A stretch of 41,538 nt of DNA, taken from positions 1 through 41,538 of the forward strand of contig DAIMKN010000003.1 of the NCBI GenBank assembly GCA_036721725.1, written 5' to 3'. The position numbers were made by a program, and so were the translations under genes. The notes under the pieces are model-generated. The model saw only the letters and a list, made by a program, of their open reading frames with translations, made no database searches and was not told the DNA's origin. This document shows, one piece after another, positions 34,500-41,538 of the stretch. Source of the stretch: Actinomycetota bacterium. Its GTDB lineage: Bacteria > Actinomycetota > UBA4738. Every line of letters begins with the position of its first letter. Within the stretch, counting starts at the first letter, position 1.

Positions 34500-35602
34500 C
34501 CCTTGGCCCAGATGCGGGCCCACCCGCGGCCGCCCGGCACCCAGTACAACCGGACCCGGCCGAGCTTGCCGATGCGTTCCTCGGCGAACGTGTCGGCGGC
34601 CGCGGCGGTGCTGACGTGGCGGTCGCGGGCCACCCCGAAGATCTGGCGGAGCGTGCGGTAGATGCTCTCCACCGAGGCATTGGCTCGAACGGGGTCGTAG
34701 CCCTTGAGCTCGTCGGCGACGTTGATGAGTCCCCCCGAGTTGATGACGTAGTCCGGCGCGTAGAGGATGCCGAGTTCGTCGAGCGCGTCCCCATGTTCGG
34801 GCCCGCCCAGCTGGTTGTTCGCCGAACCGGCGATGACCCGGCACTTCAGCTCGGGGATCGTGTCGTCGCGGATGACGCCGCCCATGGCGCACGGCGCGAA
34901 GATGTCGCATTCGACGGCGTGGATCTTCTCCGGCTCGGCGGTCTCCACGTCGAACTCCTTCACCGCACGAGCCACGGCGTCGACGTCCACGTCGGACACG
35001 ACGACGTGCGCGCCGGCCTCCACCAAGAGCTTCACCAAGTGGTAGCCGACCTTGCCCACGCCCTGCACGGCGACGCGCCGGCCCTCCACGCCGTGCTCCT
35101 GCCATGCTTCCTCGGCGCACGCCTTCATCCCCAGGAACACGCCGTACGCGGTGACCGGCGAGGGGTCGCCGGAGCCGCCGAGCTCGGGCGCCACGCCGGT
35201 CACGTAACGCGTCTCCCGCCGGATGATGTCCATGTCGTCACGCGAGGTTCCGACGTCCTCCGCGGTGATGTAGCGACCGCCGAGGGTCTCGATGAACCGG
35301 CCGTAGGCCCTGAAGAGCTCCTCGGACTTGATGCGCTTGGGGTCGCCCCAGATGACGGCCTTGCCGCCCCCGAGGTCGAGCCCTGCCGCCGCCGCCTTGT
35401 ACGTCATCCCCCGGGACAGACGCAGAACGTCCTGCAGCGCAGCCTGTTCGGACTCGAACGCATAGAAGCGCGTGCCGCCCAGGGCGGGACCGAGGGTCGT
35501 GGAGTGGATCGCGATGATGGCGCGTAGCCCGGACGGCGGGTCGTGGAAATACACGACCTCTTCGTAGCCGTCGGCCAGTTGTTCGAACACGGAACCTGCC
35601 AT
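34496..35602 (-). CDS. ldh: leucine (branched-chain amino acid) dehydrogenase
   Basis: Motifs GLRAIIAIHSTTLGPALGGTRFY, the catalytic-Lys context LDLGGGKAVI and the Rossmann motif VQGVGKVG are present. ATG at 35602. Confidence 0.9.
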   Translation of the reverse strand: MAGSVFEQLADGYEEVVYFHDPPSGLRAIIAIHSTTLGPALGGTRFYAFESEQAALQDVLRLSRGMTYKAAAAGLDLGGGKAVIWGDPKRIKSEELFRAYGRFIETLGGRYITAEDVGTSRDDMDIIRRETRYVTGVAPELGGSGDPSPVTAYGVFLGMKACAEEAWQEHGVEGRRVAVQGVGKVGYHLVKLLVEAGAHVVVSDVDVDAVARAVKEFDVETAEPEKIHAVECDIFAPCAMGGVIRDDTIPELKCRVIAGSANNQLGGPEHGDALDELGILYAPDYVINSGGLINVADELKGYDPVRANASVESIYRTLRQIFGVARDRHVSTAAAADTFAEERIGKLGRVRLYWVPGGRGWARIWAKG

Positions 35603-35676
35603 CAATGGGGCGTGCGAAGCGGCGTCGATGTACGGATCACGGCCCCTCCCGAGTGCGAGGTTCGCAAGCGTCGGCG

Positions 35677-35682
35677 ACTATA
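35677..35682 (-). promoter_or_regulatory. -10-like TATAGT upstream of the ldh-bkd operon
   Basis: This is the best TATAAT-like hexamer in the 126-nt divergent intergenic region. It would give a ~70-nt leader. No clear -35 element. Confidence 0.3.
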
Positions 35683-35715
35683 GCAGGCGCCCTCGTTCGT
35701 TCTGGTGCGGAGTCC

Positions 35716-35721
35716 TACACT
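35716..35721 (+). promoter_or_regulatory. -10-like TACACT 7 nt upstream of GTG 35729
   Basis: TANNNT followed by a start codon without an SD, the same geometry as at purA, purF and nadE. Confidence 0.35.
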
Positions 35722-35728
35722 GAGCCCC

Positions 35729-36544
35729 GTGATCCCCTGCGCGTACCTGCGGGTGTTCCGACCCCTCGACGCCTTCCCGGACGCCGAACGCGCCCACTGG
35801 GAGCGCTTCATCGTCGACGGTGGCCATCCCCGGCCCCCGCGTCCCGTGTACCGGCAGGAGTCGTTCGACCGGCGAGGCAAGCTCGGCTTGCTGTCGTCCG
35901 CCGAGGGTGAGTACGCGGACGTTCGGCTGATCGACGCCACGTACTACGTGTGTCCGTGGCGGACGCGCCTGCGGGAGCTCGCCAGCCTGTTGTCGCTGCG
36001 GGAGAACACCGCGGCGGAGGTGGCGGAGGCGTTCATCCCCGAGACCGAGGTTCGCCGGGCGGCTCGCGAGCTGGCCAGATTGAAGCGTCGCGAACCGTCC
36101 ATGGTGCCCTCCATGCTGCAGAGTCCCTGGCACGTCCCCGTCCGGTGGTTCCTCCTGGTGGACGAGGACGAACGGCGGCTCGTCCAGTCGCCGGAGGGCG
36201 AGCCTCGGCTCTCGTACTGGACGCCGCTCGTGCCGGCCAAGCGCCGCGTCGAACGAGCCCTCCAACTGCTGCGGCGTTCGGATCTCTCCGGCGTGGCCGA
36301 GACGGTGCACGACCTGGCCGAGTGGCTCTCCGCGTTCGGGCCGCGTTCGATGGTCGAACTCGACTACGACGGGGTGTCCGGCCTGTTCACCTGGGACGAG
36401 CTCGACAACGACCGCAGCGGGCGGGACATGCAGCAGGCGGTCGCGGCGCTGGGACGGCCCGGCGGGATGGCCGAGGCCATGGAGCTGTACCAGGGGGTGG
36501 CCTGGCGATGGGCGGAGGCCCGGCAGCGAGAGTCGCTCAACTGA
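35729..36544 (+). CDS. conserved hypothetical protein, about 271 aa
   Basis: The long high-GC3 ORF starts VIPCAYLRVFRPLDAFP... No family name recalled. Confidence 0.6.
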   Translation: MIPCAYLRVFRPLDAFPDAERAHWERFIVDGGHPRPPRPVYRQESFDRRGKLGLLSSAEGEYADVRLIDATYYVCPWRTRLRELASLLSLRENTAAEVAEAFIPETEVRRAARELARLKRREPSMVPSMLQSPWHVPVRWFLLVDEDERRLVQSPEGEPRLSYWTPLVPAKRRVERALQLLRRSDLSGVAETVHDLAEWLSAFGPRSMVELDYDGVSGLFTWDELDNDRSGRDMQQAVAALGRPGGMAEAMELYQGVAWRWAEARQRESLN

Positions 36545-36559
36545 CCGAAAGGCTTCTTC

Positions 36560-37894
36560 TTGCAGCCAGAAACCCGTTATGCCAGGGCCGGAGAGGACGT
36601 TCACATCGCCTTTCAGACCGTGGGCGCCGGCCCCATGGATATCACACTCGTGGACCAGTGGTTCAGCAACGTCGTTGCGCAGTGGCGGCTTCCACCCCTG
36701 GCCCGGTTCATCGATCACCTGGCCTCGTTCAGCCGGGTCATCCTGCTGGACAAGCGGGGGACCGGGGTTTCGGACCCCGTCCCGCTGGGTGGCTTGCCCA
36801 CGCTCGACGAGTGGATGGACGACATCCGGACGGTCCTCGATGCAGCGGGCTCCGAGCGAACCGCGCTCCTGTCCGGGGCGGGAGCGTCATTCCTTACGAT
36901 CCTGTTCGCGGCGACGTATCCAGACCGAACATCGGCCCTCATCCTGGTGGACGGGTACGCGCGGACCAGCGCGGCTCCCGGCTACGTGCCGGGCCTGCCG
37001 CCCCGTCTGCCGGAGGAAGACGCCGAACGGATCAGGGCCGGCTGGGGACACGGAGCGCTGCTCGACATCCTGGCCCCGGGAGAGGCCGGCGATGTCTTGC
37101 TCCGCAAGAGCTATTCGGAGTACGAAAGCCTATCGGCGAGCCCCGGCATGGCCGTCGCCATGATCCGCATGCTCTACGAAAGCGACGTTCGCCACGTGCT
37201 CTCGGCTGTCCGCGTCCCGACGCTCATCATCCATCACGCGGATTCCGCGCGGATCCCTCCCGCCCTGAGCCGCTACCTGGTCGAGCACATCACCGATGCC
37301 CGCAGCGTCGAGCTCCCCGGAAGTACCAACCTGATCTGGGCCGGCGACCAGGAGGCGGTCCTCGGCGAGGTCCAGGAGTTCCTCACCGGGGTGCGCCCGC
37401 ACGCGGAGTCGGACCGCGTGCTGGCCACGGTCCTGTTCACCGACATCGTGGGCTCCACCGCTCGCGCCGCCGAGCTTGGCGACGCCCGGTGGCGCCACGT
37501 GCTGGAGTCTCATCATCAGTTGGTCCGGGCCGAGCTCGAACGGCACCGCGGTCGCGAGATCGACACCATCGGCGACGGGTTCCTCGCGACGTTCGACGGC
37601 CCGGCCAGGGCCATCCGATGTGCATCAGCGATCCGCGACTCCGTCCGCTCGATCGGCTTGGAGGTGCGCGCCGGGTTGCACACGGGGGAGGTTGAGCTCA
37701 TGGATGGCGACGTGGGGGGGATCGCCGTCCACATCGGCGCCCGCGTCGCGGCCCTGGCCGGTCCCGGTGAGGTGCTGGTTTCCAGCACCGTCAAGGACCT
37801 GGTGGTGGGTTCGGGGATCGAGTTCGACGATCGCGAAACCTACCAGCTCAAGGGCGTTCCGGACGCCTGGCACCTGTTCGCCGCAAGAATGTGA
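36560..37894 (+). CDS. alpha/beta-hydrolase domain fused to a class III adenylate/guanylate cyclase domain (LipJ/Rv1900c-like architecture)
   Basis: The N-terminal half is hydrolase-fold-like (ILLDKRGTGVSD...). The C-terminal half has cyclase motifs VLFTDIVGST, DTIGDGFLATFDGP, RAGLHTGEVE and GIAVHIGARV. The proposed start is TTG 36560. Confidence 0.8.
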   Translation: MQPETRYARAGEDVHIAFQTVGAGPMDITLVDQWFSNVVAQWRLPPLARFIDHLASFSRVILLDKRGTGVSDPVPLGGLPTLDEWMDDIRTVLDAAGSERTALLSGAGASFLTILFAATYPDRTSALILVDGYARTSAAPGYVPGLPPRLPEEDAERIRAGWGHGALLDILAPGEAGDVLLRKSYSEYESLSASPGMAVAMIRMLYESDVRHVLSAVRVPTLIIHHADSARIPPALSRYLVEHITDARSVELPGSTNLIWAGDQEAVLGEVQEFLTGVRPHAESDRVLATVLFTDIVGSTARAAELGDARWRHVLESHHQLVRAELERHRGREIDTIGDGFLATFDGPARAIRCASAIRDSVRSIGLEVRAGLHTGEVELMDGDVGGIAVHIGARVAALAGPGEVLVSSTVKDLVVGSGIEFDDRETYQLKGVPDAWHLFAARM

Positions 37895-38209
37895 GCAAGC
37901 GTCCCAAGTGCCACCTCTCCGGACCACAACACACATCATTCGCTCCGGCTCGGGGAAGAACTCGCCCATCCTTCAGGCAACCTCTCGATGCGCTCACTGG
38001 GGCGTCGAATCGTACCTTCCGGCCAGGACCTCCCGGATCTGCTCCCCTGATCTGCCAGCCATGGTGGCAGAGATGGGTTCTTGCTTGCCTTCCTAGTTCG
38101 AAGTGGGGATGGAAAAATGGCCCGTGTTGCCTATATCACCGACTGGCGGAGTAGGTGACAATTCGCCAGAATCGCGTGGATGACCCACCGTGAGCCAGGG
38201 GAGGTACGC

Positions 38210-38410
38210 ATGAACAGAACGCAGGGAGAGGGCGAGAAGCTCCTCACGCCTGCCGAGGTCGCCGCGATGTTTCGGGTCGACCCGAAGACCGTGACCCGGT
38301 GGGCGAAGTCAGGGAAGCTGTCCTCGATCCGGACGCTCGGCGGTCACCGCCGGTATCGCGAGGCGGAGATCCGCGGCCTGTTGGATGAATCGACGAGCGG
38401 CAAGCTCTGA
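38210..38410 (+). CDS. bldC: BldC-type MerR/excisionase-like small DNA-binding regulator
   Basis: GGGGAGG precedes ATG 38210. LLTPAEVAAMFRVDPKTVTRWAKSGKLSSIRTLGGHRRYREAEIRGLL is nearly the BldC consensus. Confidence 0.85.
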   Translation: MNRTQGEGEKLLTPAEVAAMFRVDPKTVTRWAKSGKLSSIRTLGGHRRYREAEIRGLLDESTSGKL

Positions 38411-38443
38411 GTTCGCCCGCTCCACCCCATATCGACGACCTGG

Positions 38444-38480
38444 AGACCGCGAGCGCCGCACGACGCGCCGCGGTCTTTCG
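38444..38480 (+). terminator. intrinsic-terminator-like hairpin after bldC
   Basis: AGACCGCG (38444-38451) pairs perfectly with CGCGGTCT (38469-38476). Further GC pairs form inside the loop. The hairpin is followed by TTTCGG. Confidence 0.45.
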
Positions 38481-38515
38481 GTGTGTGCGATGCGCGAACG
38501 GATGGCCTTCAGGAG

Positions 38516-38588
38516 TGGCGAGGGGCAGAATCGAACTGCCGACACCGCGGTTTTCAGCCGCGTGCTCTGCCAACTGAGCTACCTCGCC
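38516..38588 (-). tRNA. tRNA-Phe (GAA)
   Basis: The reverse complement GGCGAGGTAGCTCAGTTGGCAGAGCACGCGGCTGAAAACCGCGGTGTCGGCAGTTCGATTCTGCCCCTCGCCA folds as a cloverleaf. The anticodon loop is CTGAAAA. CCA is not encoded. Confidence 0.9.
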
Positions 38589-38645
38589 GCGCGTTCACGT
38601 TCGCACCTGTTCGCGAAGCCGCGCGCGAACCGGGCCGAGCGTCTC

Positions 38646-38721
38646 GCGGTCCCGACCGGATTTGAACCGGCGATCTCCGCCTTGACAGGGCGGCGTGTTA
38701 AGCCTGACTACACCACGGGAC
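38646..38721 (-). tRNA. tRNA-Asp (GTC)
   Basis: The reverse complement GGTCCCGTGGTGTAGTCAGGCTTAACACGCCGCCCTGTCAAGGCGGAGATCGCCGGTTCAAATCCGGTCGGGACCG has anticodon loop CTGTCAA. Confidence 0.9.
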
Positions 38722-38735
38722 CATATGCGGTTTTC

Positions 38736-38808
38736 GTGCCCCCAGCGGAGTTCGAATCCGCGTTACCGGCTTGAAAGGCCGGCGTCCTAGGCCACTAGAC
38801 GATGGGGG
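38736..38808 (-). tRNA. tRNA-Glu (TTC)
   Basis: The reverse complement GCCCCCATCGTCTAGTGGCCTAGGACGCCGGCCTTTCAAGCCGGTAACGCGGATTCGAACTCCGCTGGGGGCA has anticodon loop CTTTCAA. Confidence 0.9.
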
Positions 38809-38875
38809 CGAACGTCAACCCCGCCCAAGGGCAGCCGAGGGATTATACCGCCGGGGCTTCGCCTGCCCGGCGGCG

Positions 38876-38905
38876 TTGGTGAAGCGAGGCAAGCTCCGGT
38901 AGGCT
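38876..38905 (+). promoter_or_regulatory. candidate promoter TTGGTG-N18-TAGGCT upstream of the CADD/PqqC-like gene
   Basis: The -35-like hexamer is at 38876-38881 and the -10-like TANNNT at 38900-38905. The gene itself has an SD (CAGGAGGGAAG) before ATG 38945. Confidence 0.3.
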
Positions 38906-38944
38906 CCTGGCACGCGTCCGAACTCGAACAGGAGGGAAGCAGCC

Positions 38945-39622
38945 ATGGTGCAGCCGAACGGTGTCGTGTCGATCATCGACGAGTTGATCCGGGATCGAAG
39001 CCTCCTGAAGCACCCGTTCTACCGGCGCTGGACCGCCGGGACGCTCTCGGCCGACGAGCTTCGTGACTACACGGGCCAGTACTACGCGTTCGAATCGGCG
39101 CTCCCTCAGGTGCTCTCGGTGCTGCTGTCGCGAACGACGCAGCCCGAACACCGCCAGGCCATCCTGGAGAACCTGTGGGACGAGGAGCACGGCGCGGACA
39201 ACCATGCCGAGCTGTGGCTTCGCTTCGCCGACGGCCTGGGGATGGACCGCACCTCTGTGACCGGAGCCGAGCTGAACCCGTCCACCCGCGACCTGGTGGA
39301 TTCCTACCGCGAGACGGCCCAGGACGCGCCGGTCTCGGCTGGCATCGCGGCGCTCTACGCCTACGAGTCGCAGCTTCCGGAGGTCGCCACGGTCAAGCTC
39401 GCCGGGCTGGACCCCTACGGCGTGCCCGAGGAGTCCCGAACGTTCTTCAAGGTCCATGCCCACCTCGACCTCGAACACTCCGCCGCCGAGCGCCGCATCA
39501 TCGAGGACGCCGAACCCGACGAACACGAGGCGGCCATCGCGGCGGCCGTTCGAAGCCTCGACGCCTGGTGGTCGTTCCTGGACGCCGTCGACTCTCTCAG
39601 CGAGCGTTCCTCGAGGGCGTGA
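38945..39622 (+). CDS. heme-oxygenase-like di-iron oxidase family protein (CADD / PqqC / TenA-like fold)
   Basis: 225 aa. Motifs HPFYRRW..G.L....L..Y..QYY.FE, NLWDEE.G...H.ELW..FA..LG and YAYESQ.PEV...K match the 'iron-containing redox enzyme' / CADD family as I recall it. Confidence 0.7.
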   Translation: MVQPNGVVSIIDELIRDRSLLKHPFYRRWTAGTLSADELRDYTGQYYAFESALPQVLSVLLSRTTQPEHRQAILENLWDEEHGADNHAELWLRFADGLGMDRTSVTGAELNPSTRDLVDSYRETAQDAPVSAGIAALYAYESQLPEVATVKLAGLDPYGVPEESRTFFKVHAHLDLEHSAAERRIIEDAEPDEHEAAIAAAVRSLDAWWSFLDAVDSLSERSSRA

Positions 39623-39647
39623 CGCTCAGCGGTGTGAAGGGTTGCGG

Positions 39648-39719
39648 TGGGCCGTGAAGGGATCGAACCTTCGACACGAGGGTTAAAAGCCCCCTGCTCT
39701 GCCACTGAGCTAACGGCCC
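39648..39719 (-). tRNA. tRNA-Lys (TTT)
   Basis: The reverse complement GGGCCGTTAGCTCAGTGGCAGAGCAGGGGGCTTTTAACCCTCGTGTCGAAGGTTCGATCCCTTCACGGCCCA has anticodon loop CTTTTAA. Confidence 0.9.
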
Positions 39720-39748
39720 TTCCGGGCGCCAGTATCTCTCAGCTGTCG

Positions 39749-41476
39749 CTACGGCTCACGGGTGGAGGCGGGTCCCTCTGCCGCCATCGGCGGCGCACTC
39801 CGCCGGTAGCCGTTCGTGATGGGCAGGCGGCGGTCCCTGCCAAACGCCTTCGGGGTGATCTTGACGCCGGGCGGGGCCTGACGGCGCTTGTACTCGGCGC
39901 GGTCGACCATGCCGGCCACCTTCCATACCAGGGCTGGGTCGGCGCCGCCGGCGATGAGGTCCTCCGGCGAACGGTCCTCCTCCACGTAGTCCTCGATGAC
40001 CGCATCCAGTTCGTCGTACGGCGGGAGCGAGTCCTGGTCGGTCTGGCCGGGACGGAGTTCGGCGCTGGGCGGCTTGGTCAGGACGTGCTCGGGGATAGGT
40101 GGGCGTTCGGCGCGGTGTTCGGCGTCCTGGTTCCGCCACCGGCAGATCTCGTAGACGAGCGTCTTGGGGACGTCCTTGATGGGGGCGAAGCCGCCGGCCA
40201 GGTCGCCGTACAACGTTGAATACCCCACGGCCATCTCGCTCTTGTTGCCGGTCGCCAGCACCAGCGAGCCGAACTTGTTCGACATCGCCATCAGCAGGTT
40301 GCCGCGGATGCGCGCCTGGAGGTTCTCCTCGGCCACGTCCTCCTGCGTGCCGGCGAACACCTCTTGCAGCGCGTCGCGGTAGGCGGTGAACACGGCGTCG
40401 ATGCGGATGGTGTCGAGTCGAACGCCGAGGCGCTCGGCCACGTCGGCGGCGTCGGTCAGGCTGTGGCCCGAGGAGTACGGCGAGGGCATGGCCACGGTTC
40501 GAACCCCTTGCGGCCCAAGCGCATCCGTCGCCAGCGCCGCCACCAGCGCGGAATCCACGCCGCCGGAAAGGCCGATGACGACCTCCTTGAACCCGTTCTT
40601 CCGAACGTAGTCACCGAGGCCCAACGTCAGCGCGCGATAGACCTCCTCCGGTCCTTCCGGCCAAGGGGCGCGTTCGGATGCGGGCAACGGCGGTCGCGTG
40701 GCGGCTGCGCCGACCGACGGGCCGGGGAAGCCCTCCGGCGGCGGTGGCGTGTCGATGTCGACGATCAGCAGGTCCTCGTCGAACATCGCGGCGTGCCACA
40801 CAAGGTCTCCGTTCGGCGCGACGACCATCGAGCCGCCGTCGAACACCAGCTCGTCCTGCCCGCCGACTGCGTTGACGTAGACGATCCACGCGCCCGTCTC
40901 GGCGGCCCGGGCCTGACAGACCTTGAGACGCTCGGCGCTCTTGCGGCGGTGGTAGGGCGAGGCGTTGATGTTCGGGATGACCTGGACACGGTCGGCGGCG
41001 TAGTCCGTCCACGGCCGGCCCGGACTCCACGCGTCCTCGCACACCGTGATGCCAAGCGCGGAGGACCCCAGCCGGAGCGGACAGGCTGCATCCCCGGGCA
41101 CGAAGTAGCGCTGCTCGTCGAACACCCCGTAGTTCGGCAGCTTCACCTTGTGGTAGCGGGCTGTTACGTGGCCACCGGAGAGCAGCGCTGCTGCGTTGTG
41201 AAGGCCGCGGTCCGAACGGTCAACGAAGCCGGTCAGGATCGCGCAGCCATGGGCGGTCCGCCGAGCCAGATCGTGCAGAGCCGCCAGGTTGTCCGCGACG
41301 AACCGCGGCCGCAGCACCAGATCCTCGGGCGGGTAGCCGGTGATTGCCAGCTCCGGGAAGCACGCCAGATCCGCGCCCGCGTTGGACGCCTCCTCCGCAG
41401 CGACAACCATTCGTTCGACGTTGCCCTGGAGGTCGCCGACCGTCGTGTTGATCTGCCCCAACGCGATCCGCACCAT
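39749..41476 (-). CDS. nadE: glutamine-dependent NAD+ synthetase
   Basis: 575 aa. The N-terminal CN-hydrolase domain has FPELAITGYPPEDL and GITVCEDAW. The C-terminal ATP-pyrophosphatase domain has GLSGGVDSA. Confidence 0.95.
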   Translation of the reverse strand: MVRIALGQINTTVGDLQGNVERMVVAAEEASNAGADLACFPELAITGYPPEDLVLRPRFVADNLAALHDLARRTAHGCAILTGFVDRSDRGLHNAAALLSGGHVTARYHKVKLPNYGVFDEQRYFVPGDAACPLRLGSSALGITVCEDAWSPGRPWTDYAADRVQVIPNINASPYHRRKSAERLKVCQARAAETGAWIVYVNAVGGQDELVFDGGSMVVAPNGDLVWHAAMFDEDLLIVDIDTPPPPEGFPGPSVGAAATRPPLPASERAPWPEGPEEVYRALTLGLGDYVRKNGFKEVVIGLSGGVDSALVAALATDALGPQGVRTVAMPSPYSSGHSLTDAADVAERLGVRLDTIRIDAVFTAYRDALQEVFAGTQEDVAEENLQARIRGNLLMAMSNKFGSLVLATGNKSEMAVGYSTLYGDLAGGFAPIKDVPKTLVYEICRWRNQDAEHRAERPPIPEHVLTKPPSAELRPGQTDQDSLPPYDELDAVIEDYVEEDRSPEDLIAGGADPALVWKVAGMVDRAEYKRRQAPPGVKITPKAFGRDRRLPITNGYRRSAPPMAAEGPASTREP

Positions 41477-41482
41477 CCCACC

Positions 41483-41489
41483 TAGCGTA
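41483..41489. promoter_or_regulatory. overlapping divergent -10-like boxes: TAGCGT on the + strand (41483-41488) and TACGCT on the - strand (41484-41489)
   Basis: The minus-strand box lies 7 nt upstream of the nadE ATG (41476). The plus-strand box lies 8 nt upstream of ATG 41497. Only 20 nt separate the two start codons and neither has an SD. Confidence 0.3.
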
Positions 41490-41496
41490 GCGCTCC

Positions 41497-41538
41497 ATGG
41501 CTGCCGCGCTTCGGCGGTTCAACTCCCCTCTCCTCCAC
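41497..41538 (+). CDS. possible 5' end of a divergent gene (14 codons, runs off the window)
   Basis: ATG 41497, MAAALRRFNSPLLH..., high GC3. Too short to verify. Confidence 0.2.
   Translation, partial: MAAALRRFNSPLLH

Noticed and set aside
37994-38062. A 22-codon minus-strand ORF (MAGRSGEQIREVLAGRYDSTPQ) in the cyclase/bldC intergenic region.
   Set aside because: Too short, with no SD or promoter-like element and no recognisable family. It cannot be supported from sequence alone.
38127-38205. ZTP (pfl)-riboswitch-like words (GACTGGCGGA ... GTGG..CCAC ... GCCAGGGG) in the bldC 5' region.
   Set aside because: Only the GACTGGCG word matches. The 3' pseudoknot partner (CCGCCTGGGC-like) is absent, and the predicted stems are 4-6 bp. 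The downstream gene is not a purine or folate gene.
40496-40505. GGTTCGAACC, a tRNA T-arm-like 10-mer palindrome, as a tRNA fragment or integration att site.
   Set aside because: It lies inside the well-conserved nadE coding sequence with no flanking acceptor or anticodon arms. It is probably a by-product of the CGAACG/GTTCG word bias.

Overview
High-GC (about 70% by eye) chromosomal segment, Actinomycetota-like: bldC next to a tRNA Glu-Asp-Phe cluster, many 4-nt GTGA/ATGA gene overlaps, and TANNNT boxes 6-8 nt before start codons. Content in order: (1) a few uncharacterised small or secreted proteins, partly in a compositionally atypical islet. (2) A reductive pyrimidine-catabolism cluster (beta-ureidopropionase-type amidohydrolase, class III aminotransferase, dihydropyrimidinase, methylmalonate-semialdehyde dehydrogenase). 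It has no dihydropyrimidine dehydrogenase, carries a Mer-like LLM oxidoreductase plus a dodecin, and is interrupted by a vapBC module. (3) Two adjacent decayed genes, a secreted beta-helix protein and a SAM methyltransferase, each with an in-frame TAA. (4) A long purine operon purA-D-E-B-C-S-Q-L-F-M in which two Uma2/DUF820 nuclease paralogs sit exactly in the purS/purQ and purQ/purL junctions. The purF/purM junction reads GTAA, leaving purM without a canonical start. (5) A response regulator, an AI-2E transporter with a 24-nt tandem repeat, and a GNAT. (6) A leucine dehydrogenase plus branched-chain keto-acid dehydrogenase operon with an embedded NTF2-like gene and a leaderless BtuF-like binding protein. 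(7) A LipJ-like hydrolase-adenylate cyclase, bldC, four tRNAs, a CADD/PqqC-like di-iron oxidase and nadE. Window-wide, the hexamer CGAACG/CGTTCG looks strongly over-represented in all three reading frames and appears to drive codon choice. Long antisense ORFs in the track are treated as high-GC shadows.
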